Virus record (IMG/VR): IMGVR_UViG_3300020385_000019 | Location: 1 to 55,979 of that record | Source: a virus | Taxonomy: Duplodnaviria; Caudoviricetes | Direction: 5' to 3' (one strand) | Length of the DNA stretch: 55,979 nt | Shown here: positions 37,971 through 46,089 of the stretch, piece after piece | Layout of the letters: each line of letters starts with the position of its first letter | How positions within the stretch are numbered: the first letter of the stretch is position 1 | Position numbers and translations under genes: made by a program | Notes under the pieces: model-generated | What the model was told of the DNA's origin: nothing | The model's input: only the letters and a program-made list of their open reading frames with translations | Databases searched by the model: none

Positions 37971-38307
37971 TGTGCGACTCCCTCAAGCTGTCGATTTCAA
38001 ATTGTGTTACTGCGAGTTCAGACGTAATTATTTCTATTCTGCGCTCGTATTCGCTGTTGATGCGTGAGATTGAATCACGTTCACGAATTAGTTTTTGGTT
38101 CTGCTGCTCTGATAGCTTGACGCTTTGAGATAGGTACTCCGCTTGAATTGATAGCGTTTCGAGTTGAGCGTCTTTTGTTTTGATTGTTGTGTGCGCTGCG
38201 TTTAAATCACTTTCTGACTGCGCAAGCTGGTACGTTGCGTAAGCTAGTGCGAGCAATAACGCGAGTATCAATGCTCTTTCAATGCTGCTGAATAGTGTCG
38301 TTATCAT
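37882..38307 (-). CDS. Inner-membrane spanin (Rz-like)
   Basis: N-terminal TM, coiled coil, WANNSIP C-terminus. Confidence 0.8.
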   Translation of the reverse strand: MITTLFSSIERALILALLLALAYATYQLAQSESDLNAAHTTIKTKDAQLETLSIQAEYLSQSVKLSEQQNQKLIRERDSISRINSEYERRIEIITSELAVTQFEIDSLRESHNETVKKWANNSIPCDAISLLKYTRTANCN

Positions 38308-38782
38308 TTTTAGCACTGTTAACACCCTCTAAACACATTTTACGCTCTTGCTCTCTACGGTTAATTAAGCCTGGTAACTTTTGTCCTTTTGCATAAACCC
38401 AGCGAGACAATTCATCGCAAGCGCGCAGGCGTTGCCCTTCATTTAAGTAACGTAGTAATGAGCTGCGGCGAAAGTTACCCGCGCCCACGTTATAAATAAA
38501 AGAAAGGTAAGCCATGTGCTCACCCCTAGAAAGTGGGACGGCAACAACGCTCATTAGTTGTTTGTTATGCTCTGCTAGGTCTTGCGCTAACAAGTTTAAG
38601 CATTCATCTTCTGAGTATCGCTTACCTACCTGTGCTGTTTTGGTGTGGCCGTAGCACGTTGTTTCAATACCAACGGGATCAACATAACCAACCAGCTCTT
38701 TGCCCTCAAAATTAGCAACCGTTACGCCAGCGGCAGCAAGCACACCAGACAAACCAAGTGCGATTAACTTTCCTGCTTTCAT
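38279..38782 (-). CDS. SAR-type endolysin, GH24 lysozyme (start MKAGK)
   Basis: Gly/Ala-rich N-terminal anchor; E-x8-D-x5-T triad (FEG...VDPVGIET), CYGHT, YNVG, GLINRR. Confidence 0.92.
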   Translation of the reverse strand: MKAGKLIALGLSGVLAAAGVTVANFEGKELVGYVDPVGIETTCYGHTKTAQVGKRYSEDECLNLLAQDLAEHNKQLMSVVAVPLSRGEHMAYLSFIYNVGAGNFRRSSLLRYLNEGQRLRACDELSRWVYAKGQKLPGLINRREQERKMCLEGVNSAKNDNDTIQQH

Positions 38783-38805
38783 AGTGGGCCTTTTGTTTCG
38801 CGCAT

Positions 38806-38886
38806 AAAAAAGCCCGGCTGTTAAACCGGGCAAAGCAAGTAGCATAGAGCAAAAAAAATCCGCTCAGTCATAAACTAAGCGGATTT
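38806..38886 (-). terminator. Two tandem intrinsic terminators (tR'-like) in the late leader
   Basis: AAATCCGCT...AGCGGATTT plus T8 (38851-38886) and GCCCGG...CCGGGC plus T6 (38806-38831). Confidence 0.75.
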
Positions 38887-38900
38887 CTTCAACATGTGAA

Positions 38901-38929
38901 AAGATATATCAATCTTGGGGGGTTTGCAA
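38901..38929 (-). promoter_or_regulatory. Putative late promoter pR'
   Basis: TTGCAA-17 nt-TATCTT immediately upstream of the terminators and lysis genes, downstream of Q. Confidence 0.6.
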
Positions 38930-39027
38930 GGCGATGTTTGATTTTTACTCTCAGCGCTTCAAATTCTATAGCGCAAAAAGGAACATTGACTCGATAAACA
39001 GGACAAATCGTTATATTTCCCCTTCAA

Positions 39028-39204
39028 TTGTTCCGCTTAAAGCGAACATCAATTAAATATCAACAACTTACATTTTCAATTGTTCCGCCATTTGTTCCGC
39101 GTTGTTCCGCTAAAACTTTGCTTTAGACAATAAAAAACGCCCTTAATTTAATTAAGAGCGCTATTTTGTTCCGGTGTTGTTCCGTTTTGTTCTTTAATGT
39201 TCCG
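39028..39204 (+). repeat. Array of 7 TGTTCCG boxes with an IHF consensus site at 39058-39070
   Basis: TTGTTCCG at 39028, 39080, 39092, 39102, 39166, 39177; TGTTCCG at 39198; TATCAACAACTTA fits WATCAANNNNTTR. Confidence 0.8.
39132..39160 (-). terminator. Terminator of the early-right operon
   Basis: CGCTCTTAAT-TAA-ATTAAGGGCG plus T6 on the minus strand. Confidence 0.65.
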
Positions 39205-39351
39205 TTAGTTACTTGTCTATGAGTATTGGATACTTAATCATTATCGCTGTTAGTATCCTGTTGGGCTTTATTAGCATGCTATCGGCCTCTCATAATATTG
39301 CCGTTTATTGTTATCTTATTCATGCTTATCTCGCTCTTGCTTTAAATATAC

Positions 39352-39582
39352 TTATCTGTGTGCGTTGTTTATATCCATGCTTTCTACAATCCACGTATCA
39401 ATGCCGAATATACTGCGCTTAACAAACGTTACAGTGCTTTGCTCTAAGCAAGTGGTTTTGCCCTTGTAGCTTGCTGCTGGCTCAAGCACGTTATGAAGCA
39501 TTATTTGAATGCTGTTATATCTAAACGTTTCGGGGTCTGGCAGTCGTGTGGTTGCGTTTGCAAGTTCGGCGGCTGTTATCAT
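39352..39582 (-). CDS. Hypothetical protein
   Basis: ATGA overlap with the Q stop. Confidence 0.5.
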   Translation of the reverse strand: MITAAELANATTRLPDPETFRYNSIQIMLHNVLEPAASYKGKTTCLEQSTVTFVKRSIFGIDTWIVESMDINNAHR

Positions 39583-40139
39583 GCTACGTCACCCATTTTT
39601 ACGTGTATATTTTTAAATATATCGCGCTCCCACTCAGCTATAAGCCTAAGCAACTCCTTTGTTACTTCATCGTGTGCGCTGGTATAGCTTTTATGTCCGA
39701 TACCGATAATTTTACATCGACTGCGGTTTGATATTGGCTTGCGTCCTCGTCCGTGGCACTTAACGCATATATCAGCTTCTAAGTTAGTAGCCTTTTGCCC
39801 CGGTGCTAAGCCGCTCCCATCACATTCACCACATACCGGCTGAACGTGCTCATACACTGCTGACATTACCAGGCCGTTTAATGTGTCTGGCTTTATCTTG
39901 TACTGCCGTATCTTGATAAAAAGCGTTGCATGCATAGTTAGCGAGCGTACAACACGATTAAGTCTTGTTTCCTCACCCGCATAGCGAAAGTAAGCCCAAT
40001 TGGTTTGGCACTGCGGTAAACCTGCTAAAGCATGTGCCGCCGTCCGCCAATCAATAACGTCTTGCCCACCACCACCAAACGTACCAGTGAGATTTAGCGT
40101 TTTAGTTGTAAGCTTTGCAAGTAGCTTTATTGGTTGCAT
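39579..40139 (-). CDS. Late antiterminator Q-like protein
   Basis: Two CxxCxGxG zinc motifs (CGECDGSG, CVKCHGRG); position before the lysis cassette. Confidence 0.75.
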   Translation of the reverse strand: MQPIKLLAKLTTKTLNLTGTFGGGGQDVIDWRTAAHALAGLPQCQTNWAYFRYAGEETRLNRVVRSLTMHATLFIKIRQYKIKPDTLNGLVMSAVYEHVQPVCGECDGSGLAPGQKATNLEADICVKCHGRGRKPISNRSRCKIIGIGHKSYTSAHDEVTKELLRLIAEWERDIFKNIHVKMGDVA

Positions 40140-40140
40140 A

Positions 40141-40335
40141 TTATCTCACTCCCATACGTTTAAATATAGCGGTAACTTCTCTATGTGCTGCTAGCTCTTC
40201 ATCTGTCGCAACTGGGGGCGTTGCTGTTAAACACGGCCAAGACAAATCAAACGTTTTAATCAAACCCTGCTTTATCATCCAGCCATAAATATGCTGCTCT
40301 TGCGTCATTTTTAGTTTTAACGGCTCATCATCCAT
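40141..40335 (-). CDS. Hypothetical protein (probable start MDDEPL)
   Basis: Coupled between neighbouring genes. Confidence 0.5.
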   Translation of the reverse strand: MDDEPLKLKMTQEQHIYGWMIKQGLIKTFDLSWPCLTATPPVATDEELAAHREVTAIFKRMGVR

Positions 40336-40768
40336 AAAGCGCCACCAAAGCGGCATCGCGCTTATCTTCGTTGCTTCTACCCTTCCAGCCTGTGATCTGG
40401 TTAAAGTATTTGTCGCTGCTTTTTGCCATGCGCTTAACTGAGCCCTTTAGCGGTGTAACTAACTTCACTTTATAGCCCTGACTCTCTAGCACTTGCTGTA
40501 TTAGCGAGCCTGTCGCTTTACACTTGCCTACGTCCTGGCAAATTTTTTCACGTACAGCGCGTTTGTTTTTAACCTTGGCGCCAAAAAGTGGCTTTATCGC
40601 GCTTGGGTTTTCAAGCTTTATCAATACTTCTTCTTTTGGACCCGCCGCCGCTATGTACTCGAACATATCGACAAAGCTTAGCGACTCAAGATGAATGATT
40701 GTTTTGCCATGGATAACAGCAACACCGCTTTTAACAAAATCTGGATCAATACCAATCGTTATGTTCAT
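40328..40768 (-). CDS. RNase H-fold nuclease, putative RuvC-like Holliday junction resolvase
   Basis: IGIDPD..KSGVA, LE, RSNEDKRDAAL acidic triad pattern. Confidence 0.65.
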   Translation of the reverse strand: MNITIGIDPDFVKSGVAVIHGKTIIHLESLSFVDMFEYIAAAGPKEEVLIKLENPSAIKPLFGAKVKNKRAVREKICQDVGKCKATGSLIQQVLESQGYKVKLVTPLKGSVKRMAKSSDKYFNQITGWKGRSNEDKRDAALVALYG

Positions 40769-41067
40769 TTAGCCACCTGTATCAATTCTTGCTCGAGTAA
40801 AAGCTTTTGCGTTCTAACCATGCCCTCATAGGCATAAACCATTACTTCGTTAGCGCTTCCTTGACGTACTCGTCTATCAATTACATCGTGACAAGCAGAG
40901 CATGCGTAAGTGGCATGTATATCGTCACACTTCTGGCCCATACCAGCACCACCGCCAACGTGAGCAAGTATTACGGTTTCAGAGTTATGGTTGCATACAC
41001 CAGGTATGCGCACTTGGCACTGCTGGCCGCGTGCGCTATTTCTTATTTTTTTACTAATGAGCGACAT
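40765..41067 (-). CDS. DUF1364/YbcO-family putative nuclease
   Basis: SARGQQCQVRIPGVCNHNSETVILAH...CSACHDVID. Confidence 0.8.
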   Translation of the reverse strand: MSLISKKIRNSARGQQCQVRIPGVCNHNSETVILAHVGGGAGMGQKCDDIHATYACSACHDVIDRRVRQGSANEVMVYAYEGMVRTQKLLLEQELIQVAK

Positions 41068-41506
41068 TGTTTGACTCTCCATACATAGCCAAGTGATAAA
41101 GATCGTCCGGCTGTGGCAGTAAAAGCTCTAAATACTCAGCGCAGTATTGCTCTAACCAATTTAGATACTCGCAAAACTCTTTTGTGTTTAGCTTGCGGGT
41201 CCGCTTGCGCACGATGATTGGTTCCTCGTTGCCAGCTTGGATAACCCTCACCCCAAACTTCCTACGCACAAATACTTCGTGTACGTCCTCTGAACTATTC
41301 TCTTGTCCATAGTGCTCGCGAAAATAATCAGCAATTATCTGGTTCCACAGCCAAAGCAAACGGTTTTGAGCTAAAGAGCGCTCAGCTTTGTACTCTTTAA
41401 ACTCAATGACAACGTTTTTGCCTTGCTTTAAAAGCGCCCTTACCGCCTGCCCTATTTGGGGCATGAGGTATTGGGCGTTAGTAGTGGTTACTACTTTCTT
41501 TGCCAT
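41054..41506 (-). CDS. NinB/YbcN-like recombination protein
   Basis: RSLAQNRLLWLW...TRKLNTKEFCEYL..LE. Confidence 0.75.
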   Translation of the reverse strand: MAKKVVTTTNAQYLMPQIGQAVRALLKQGKNVVIEFKEYKAERSLAQNRLLWLWNQIIADYFREHYGQENSSEDVHEVFVRRKFGVRVIQAGNEEPIIVRKRTRKLNTKEFCEYLNWLEQYCAEYLELLLPQPDDLYHLAMYGESNNVAH

Positions 41507-41823
41507 TACGCGGCCTTATCTTGTTTTTTACTTGACTCCGACTTTGCCTCGTTCGCCTGGACTGCCACCGCTTCTTTTTGCGCTTGCACTAAAATGTAAG
41601 CGCCAATTGCTATAAAAGAGTCGCGTTGCTCTCTGTCTAATCCGTTTTTTTCGGCGGAAACAGCAAATAACTTTGTAAAATTGGCAAATACTGCATCGTG
41701 GCTCACCTGTGAACCATCCTGTATAATTTTTGCTGCTTGCGGCTTCGCGTTAGAGATAAAGCCATCGCAAAGAACTTCGCCGGCTGGTGATAACTGAGTA
41801 AGTGTGCTTTTTTTAGTAGTCAT
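41506..41823 (-). CDS. Hypothetical protein
   Basis: AGGAG RBS, coupled in operon. Confidence 0.55.
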   Translation of the reverse strand: MTTKKSTLTQLSPAGEVLCDGFISNAKPQAAKIIQDGSQVSHDAVFANFTKLFAVSAEKNGLDREQRDSFIAIGAYILVQAQKEAVAVQANEAKSESSKKQDKAA

Positions 41824-41832
41824 AATTAGCTC

Positions 41833-42261
41833 CTAAGCTGTTTTTCTTGCGTTTTGATATGTTTTTTCTAGCTGCTCGTTAAGCGAGTAGCCTTGATTTG
41901 CCGGCACCTTCTTTGATGTAAAGTTGCCAGGGCTTGCTTTAACGTCTTGCATACGATTAGCCGCTTGCCTGTTTTTGCTGTGCGACTTATTACGGTTTGC
42001 ATGTTTGTTTTTAGCGGCCTCTTTTTGGTCCTTGATATACTGCGGCACGCTATCAACCCCATGCGCTTTAGCTGCTCTTGCCATTGCGCGGTTAGCTTCT
42101 GCCGTAGCAAAGCCAATCTGTTTTGGTGTTGGGTTACTTATCCCATCAAGTGCTGCCGCCTTAGCTGCTTTTGCGTCAACCAATGCCGCTTGGTAATCGC
42201 TACCTAAAATCTGCTTAAGCGCACGAATAAACTCTTTTTGGTCCTGTTCGTATGATTTCAT
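41833..42261 (-). CDS. Hypothetical basic protein
   Basis: ATGA overlap with the upstream gene. Confidence 0.55.
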   Translation of the reverse strand: MKSYEQDQKEFIRALKQILGSDYQAALVDAKAAKAAALDGISNPTPKQIGFATAEANRAMARAAKAHGVDSVPQYIKDQKEAAKNKHANRNKSHSKNRQAANRMQDVKASPGNFTSKKVPANQGYSLNEQLEKTYQNARKTA

Positions 42262-42737
42262 CGCCCTGATCTCCGTTTTAGTTGCTCACGCAAAGCTGTA
42301 AGTTTTTGCTCTGTACTTTCGCTGCGCGGTCCTTTTGCAAGCTGCGGTAACAAAAAATCGCGATTAATTTCTTTGTGTGCTGCATGCTGCTTAGGCTTTT
42401 GACAAAGCGACAAAAGTTTAGGGATTGACGGTGGATGCTCTGCCCCACTCTCAAGCAATTTAATGCTCGCGGCGGCAACATCATCGGGGCTTTTAAACTT
42501 TTCAGTGAGCAAACCAAGTAAGTATTTAAAATCATCACTCCCCAGCCCCCCATGTTCCCGCGTCCACCGGCCCGTAAACATTTGGTCCAGACGAGTCCAC
42601 AGGGCCACTACCGCTTTCTCTAGGTCCGGCGAGTCCGCGTGATTCCAAGTACGCTTGTGCGTCGCTGTACCGGGTATTAGGATTCGACCGCAATTGTCGA
42701 TGTGATTGGCTTGTAAGATTGTGCTGACTGCTTTCAT
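42258..42737 (-). CDS. Replication protein P-like (helicase loader position)
   Basis: LWTRLDQMFTGRWTREHG...HPPSIPKLLSLC; overlaps the end of the initiator gene. Confidence 0.6.
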   Translation of the reverse strand: MKAVSTILQANHIDNCGRILIPGTATHKRTWNHADSPDLEKAVVALWTRLDQMFTGRWTREHGGLGSDDFKYLLGLLTEKFKSPDDVAAASIKLLESGAEHPPSIPKLLSLCQKPKQHAAHKEINRDFLLPQLAKGPRSESTEQKLTALREQLKRRSGR

Positions 42738-43632
42738 GGTTTGCCCCCGTTGTGTATTCATCGTTCCAGCGCTCTTGATTCAAAAAAGTGGCCGGCATCG
42801 GGATAAATTGCCCGCTGTCTTTGGTCCACTGCGGATCGTCAAGTTTGCGTTTTTCAACATGGCTAATAATTTCGCCAACCAAGGTTTTAAATTCATCAGG
42901 CTTGGTTTTGAATTTTGCTGCGATTTTTTCAAACGCCTTGCGACCAGTGGGTTTTGATTTTTTGCTTGGGTACGATTTCCAAAACGTATCAAACAACGCA
43001 GTCACCCCCTGGGGGGTTAGGGGGGTTATTAGATCTTTATTATTAATATCATTCTTATTTAGTGGGTCACTTCGTGGGTCACTTCGTGATTCAGCGCGTG
43101 GGTCGCAACTACTCGCAACACCTTTGTTTTCGCGGCTTTCGCGTGGGTCATTACGTGGGTCATTGCGTGGGTCATTACGTGGGTCGCTTTTTTGGTTAAA
43201 TTTTGAGTAATTTGGCATAGTAATTACAGTACATTGCGTCACCGTTTTACCAATAGATTTACGTGTTAAAAAACCATCTTTCTCAAGTTTAACTAACGCT
43301 CTTTTTGTCGCTGTATAAGCTGAATCCTCAGTTTTATACAGTGAGTTTATAGCCGCTTTAGCCGCAAGCTCTCTAACGGTCGTCACAAACTGCCCAGCGC
43401 TTAATTTAAGCCTGTTGCTGCGGTACTCAATACTTATCGCCTTAAACGCCGCGTTACGTATTAAATACTGCGCTATAAGCATGCACACGCCGTCACTACT
43501 CCACGGTTGCTGATCAATGCTTCTGTACGTACTAGCAAAGCCGCCTTTGTCGCTCATAAACTTTCGCCGCTCTTTTTCGTTCAATCCCCCCTCTTTGCCA
43601 GGGAACTTGTAAACTTCTGCTAAATTGGTCAT
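42535..43632 (-). CDS. Replication initiator (O-like)
   Basis: wHTH-like N-terminus (GQFVTTVRELA), internal iteron-coded DPRN repeats, FDTFWKSYP.K and FIPMPATFLNQERW. Confidence 0.85.
   Translation of the reverse strand: MTNLAEVYKFPGKEGGLNEKERRKFMSDKGGFASTYRSIDQQPWSSDGVCMLIAQYLIRNAAFKAISIEYRSNRLKLSAGQFVTTVRELAAKAAINSLYKTEDSAYTATKRALVKLEKDGFLTRKSIGKTVTQCTVITMPNYSKFNQKSDPRNDPRNDPRNDPRESRENKGVASSCDPRAESRSDPRSDPLNKNDINNKDLITPLTPQGVTALFDTFWKSYPSKKSKPTGRKAFEKIAAKFKTKPDEFKTLVGEIISHVEKRKLDDPQWTKDSGQFIPMPATFLNQERWNDEYTTGANHESSQHNLTSQSHRQLRSNPNTRYSDAQAYLESRGLAGPRESGSGPVDSSGPNVYGPVDAGTWGAGE
43027..43190. promoter_or_regulatory. Phage replication origin: iterons plus AT-rich tract
   Basis: GTGGGTC at 43062, 43074, 43098, 43143, 43155, 43167, 43179 (12-bp period; degenerate copy at 43086); AT-rich 43027-43061. 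Confidence 0.8.
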
Positions 43633-43691
43633 AATTACCTCGTTGAATTGAACCCCGCTATCGTGCCCTCTAAGCTGATGCGGGTTTTGTT

Positions 43692-44109
43692 TTACCTGCG
43701 AGTTACATCAGCCTTTGCTGTAACTCGCGCCTTAATTCTTTTTTCTAGAAAATTGAGCGCAAACATTAAAAACGCGTATAGAAATTCAATAAAATAAAGG
43801 GATTCTCTAATGCGCTGGTTTTCTAGGCTTAAACTAAAAAATCCCATAACAAGAAAAATAAGAACCCAATACTTCAAGTTGATACGCCATAAAAAATTCA
43901 AGCTCGCTGTCATGTTTGAAAACTCCTGCATACTGCTGTTTTTAACGCCTGCTGCCATCTATGGCGCCCACATAAAAGCTGCATCTATATCTGCCAATAC
44001 CGAGCTAGTGTTTCTTGTTTATGCTGCATCGCTATTCATCCCATTAAACTTTTTAGTAAACTGCTACTACGGGTATAAAAGGTTAAAAACACGCTTTGAA
44101 CGATATTAA
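43692..44109. other. Ambiguous overlapping antisense ORFs (43692-43958 minus; 43810-44109 plus), both hydrophobic
   Basis: ORF track; the coding strand cannot be decided by eye. Confidence 0.35.
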
Positions 44110-44319
44110 TTAACGCCTAAACTGCTTTCGTTTGATTTCTTGCATTTCTGCACAACCAATACATAAATTGGTATTCACTGCCTTGCGGCGTTCTTCTGGT
44201 ATTTCGTTACCGCATTCAATGCAATCGTCTGTAGGCTCAACGTCTTGTTGTTTTAAATTGGCAATTTGCCGCGCTTGTTCGCGCTCTATTTCTATTTGTG
44301 CACTATCTGCTGTATCCAT
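44110..44319 (-). CDS. TraR/DksA-family C4 zinc-finger protein
   Basis: MDTADSAQ N-terminus; CIECGNEIPEERR...CIGC. Confidence 0.88.
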   Translation of the reverse strand: MDTADSAQIEIEREQARQIANLKQQDVEPTDDCIECGNEIPEERRKAVNTNLCIGCAEMQEIKRKQFRR

Positions 44320-44341
44320 AAACAAAACCTAAAATTAAAAC

Positions 44342-44409
44342 TGATTAAAAAGCGCCCTTTTGTCTGCTAGCATGCAAGTGCGAATTACTAAACCAACAAA
44401 CAAAAGGAC
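44342..44409. repeat. 68-bp structured element, copy 1
   Basis: 63/68 identical to 45174-45241; contains TGcTAGCAT and AAGGA. Confidence 0.85.
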
Positions 44410-44415
44410 AACAAC

Positions 44416-44739
44416 ATGAAATTCGATATTTCTTCTTTCAATGAAATTGCAAAGCCACTTTTAAATACCCTTGCAGAGCAATTTCCATTGCCACTTCAGA
44501 TCGATACAAAAAGATACGAAGTGCTTAATTTGGAACTCAAAACCGAGACCGAATTATTAAAAGCAACGCTTCACTTTTTAGTTCAAAATAATTACCTCTC
44601 CGTTCAAGTTCCAACATCAGGAGGAGTAATAGTTGATCACTACCTAACATCAAAAGGCTTAGCCCTACTTAACATCAACCTTGAAACAGAGTTCAACAAA
44701 ACCTCTTCTGTTTACGAGCAAGGCAAAGTGGGTTGCTAA
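44416..44739 (+). CDS. Moron, possible winged-helix protein
   Basis: RBS inside the 68-bp element; LHFLVQNNYL...YLTSKGLALL pattern. Confidence 0.65.
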   Translation: MKFDISSFNEIAKPLLNTLAEQFPLPLQIDTKRYEVLNLELKTETELLKATLHFLVQNNYLSVQVPTSGGVIVDHYLTSKGLALLNINLETEFNKTSSVYEQGKVGC

Positions 44740-44751
44740 CTCCCCACCCAT

Positions 44752-45153
44752 TTACCGGCTTACGAATCCTTTTTGTAAGCCTTCCACATAATTGGCAACA
44801 TCAAGAACAAACCCATCACGCGCGCAACCATGAAAACCTAACTCATCTGCCTTTTGGCTTATCATCTCGGCTAAAGCCTCTGCCGCGTTGTAATATTTGT
44901 TAACGCTGTCTCTTTTTTGCTCAGCTGATAAGCGAACTTCATCATTAGCTTTAGGTAAATCACCCTCGCTATACAAAGGCTTGATTTGCTCAGCATCAGC
45001 TAATGAGCAAACAGCTTTACCGTTACAATAAAAGCCAGATCCTTCGTCTGTATCTTCAATAAGCGCCGCTACAAAAACGCCATAACAGGTGTTCCCACCA
45101 AATGAAAACGAATAAAACTTGCCATCAACCAGATTTAAATTGTTATCGCTCAT
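44752..45153 (-). CDS. Hypothetical protein
   Basis: AAGGCGG RBS-like, same strand as the early-right operon. Confidence 0.55.
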   Translation of the reverse strand: MSDNNLNLVDGKFYSFSFGGNTCYGVFVAALIEDTDEGSGFYCNGKAVCSLADAEQIKPLYSEGDLPKANDEVRLSAEQKRDSVNKYYNAAEALAEMISQKADELGFHGCARDGFVLDVANYVEGLQKGFVSR

Positions 45154-45173
45154 ATCAAACCGCCTTCATATAT

Positions 45174-45241
45174 TGATTAAAAAGTGTCCCTTCGTTTGCT
45201 AGCATGCAAGTGCGAATTACTAAACCAACAAACAAAAGGAC
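45174..45241. repeat. 68-bp structured element, copy 2
   Basis: See copy 1. Confidence 0.85.
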
Positions 45242-45246
45242 TAAAC

Positions 45247-45438
45247 ATGTCAAACAACGAACACCTACCGCCCGTGCTCTGCCCTGTGTGCAAAGCAAAA
45301 TTCAATAAACCGCCGAGTTGGTTTCATGACCAATCGGTGTACATTTGCCCCTGTGGGTATGAAATCCCAATAGATAAGACGATCAGGGCGCACTTTGCCG
45401 GACTCGCAAAAGAGATCTCTAAATTCCGCCATTTTTGA
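45247..45438 (+). CDS. Small zinc-ribbon moron protein (63 aa)
   Basis: AAGGA RBS in the 68-bp element; CPVC...CPCG. Confidence 0.6.
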   Translation: MSNNEHLPPVLCPVCKAKFNKPPSWFHDQSVYICPCGYEIPIDKTIRAHFAGLAKEISKFRHF

Positions 45439-45549
45439 TTCAGAAAACTGATCCCATTTAAGCTCTGTCATGAAAATGGGCTCATCAACTAAATGTAACC
45501 AAGGTGGCGGAGTGTCCTCATTGATGTAATTTAAAAGTTCGCCGCTCAT
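45265..45549 (-). CDS. Hypothetical protein overlapping the moron in antisense
   Basis: Starts 1 nt after the cII stop. Confidence 0.4.
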   Translation of the reverse strand: MSGELLNYINEDTPPPWLHLVDEPIFMTELKWDQFSESKMAEFRDLFCESGKVRPDRLIYWDFIPTGANVHRLVMKPTRRFIEFCFAHRAEHGR

Positions 45550-45550
45550 A

Positions 45551-46078
45551 TCACGCCACCTTTAACGATGCAGGATTAACAACAGCCGGTTCATTAGGAT
45601 CAGGCCTAACCATTTGCTCAAGCTCTGCTGTAATATGCAAAACAGCGACTATGGTTTCTAATGCGCGCTTTTGAATACCGTCAAATTCAGTTTGCGTGAT
45701 AATCCCGTCCTCTCTGGCAAGTCTTACTGATTTAGCAAAATCGCCGGCAGCTTCCTGCAAATGCAAAACCTGATCAGCTAACTCCTCGTCAGATAAGCTC
45801 ACTTCTGGTAAATCAATAACCGTTTTACCTTCGCTATAAGCCCAGGCATTTAAAATGCGACAATCTTCAGTTATATGCTGAATGGCAATTGCTTCTTGCA
45901 GTGTTAATACATGCGAATCAATATTTGTATTTAGCTTATTGCTAAGTGTTGTTGGTGACTTAGCCATAGCACGCGCTATATCAGACACATTAAAGTCGCC
46001 CGCAATACTTGCCGCTGCTTCAAGTGGGCATCGAGCGCTTGGTTTTGCGTTTCTCGTACTCTTTTTAGATAAAAGCAT
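45551..46078 (-). CDS. CII-like regulator (186/CP76 family)
   Basis: IARAMAKSPTTLSNKLN...HVLTLQEA; DGIITQTEF..I; follows cro. Confidence 0.8.
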   Translation of the reverse strand: MLLSKKSTRNAKPSARCPLEAAASIAGDFNVSDIARAMAKSPTTLSNKLNTNIDSHVLTLQEAIAIQHITEDCRILNAWAYSEGKTVIDLPEVSLSDEELADQVLHLQEAAGDFAKSVRLAREDGIITQTEFDGIQKRALETIVAVLHITAELEQMVRPDPNEPAVVNPASLKVA

Positions 46079-46089
46079 CTATAGTTCTC

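Noticed and set aside
39028-39204. Possible CRISPR or mini-array
   Set aside because: Repeats are only 7-8 bp with 2-4 bp gaps within clusters, no spacer-length unique sequences, and no cas genes
39207-39350. Tiny minus-strand ORFs (14 and 22 aa) and plus-strand ORF 39213-39422
   Set aside because: No RBS or motif support; probably decayed sequence
44342-45241. 68-bp repeats as integron attC sites or IS ends
   Set aside because: No convincing RYYYAAC/GTTRRRY ends, no integron integrase or transposase; the pairing relies on G.U, pointing to RNA
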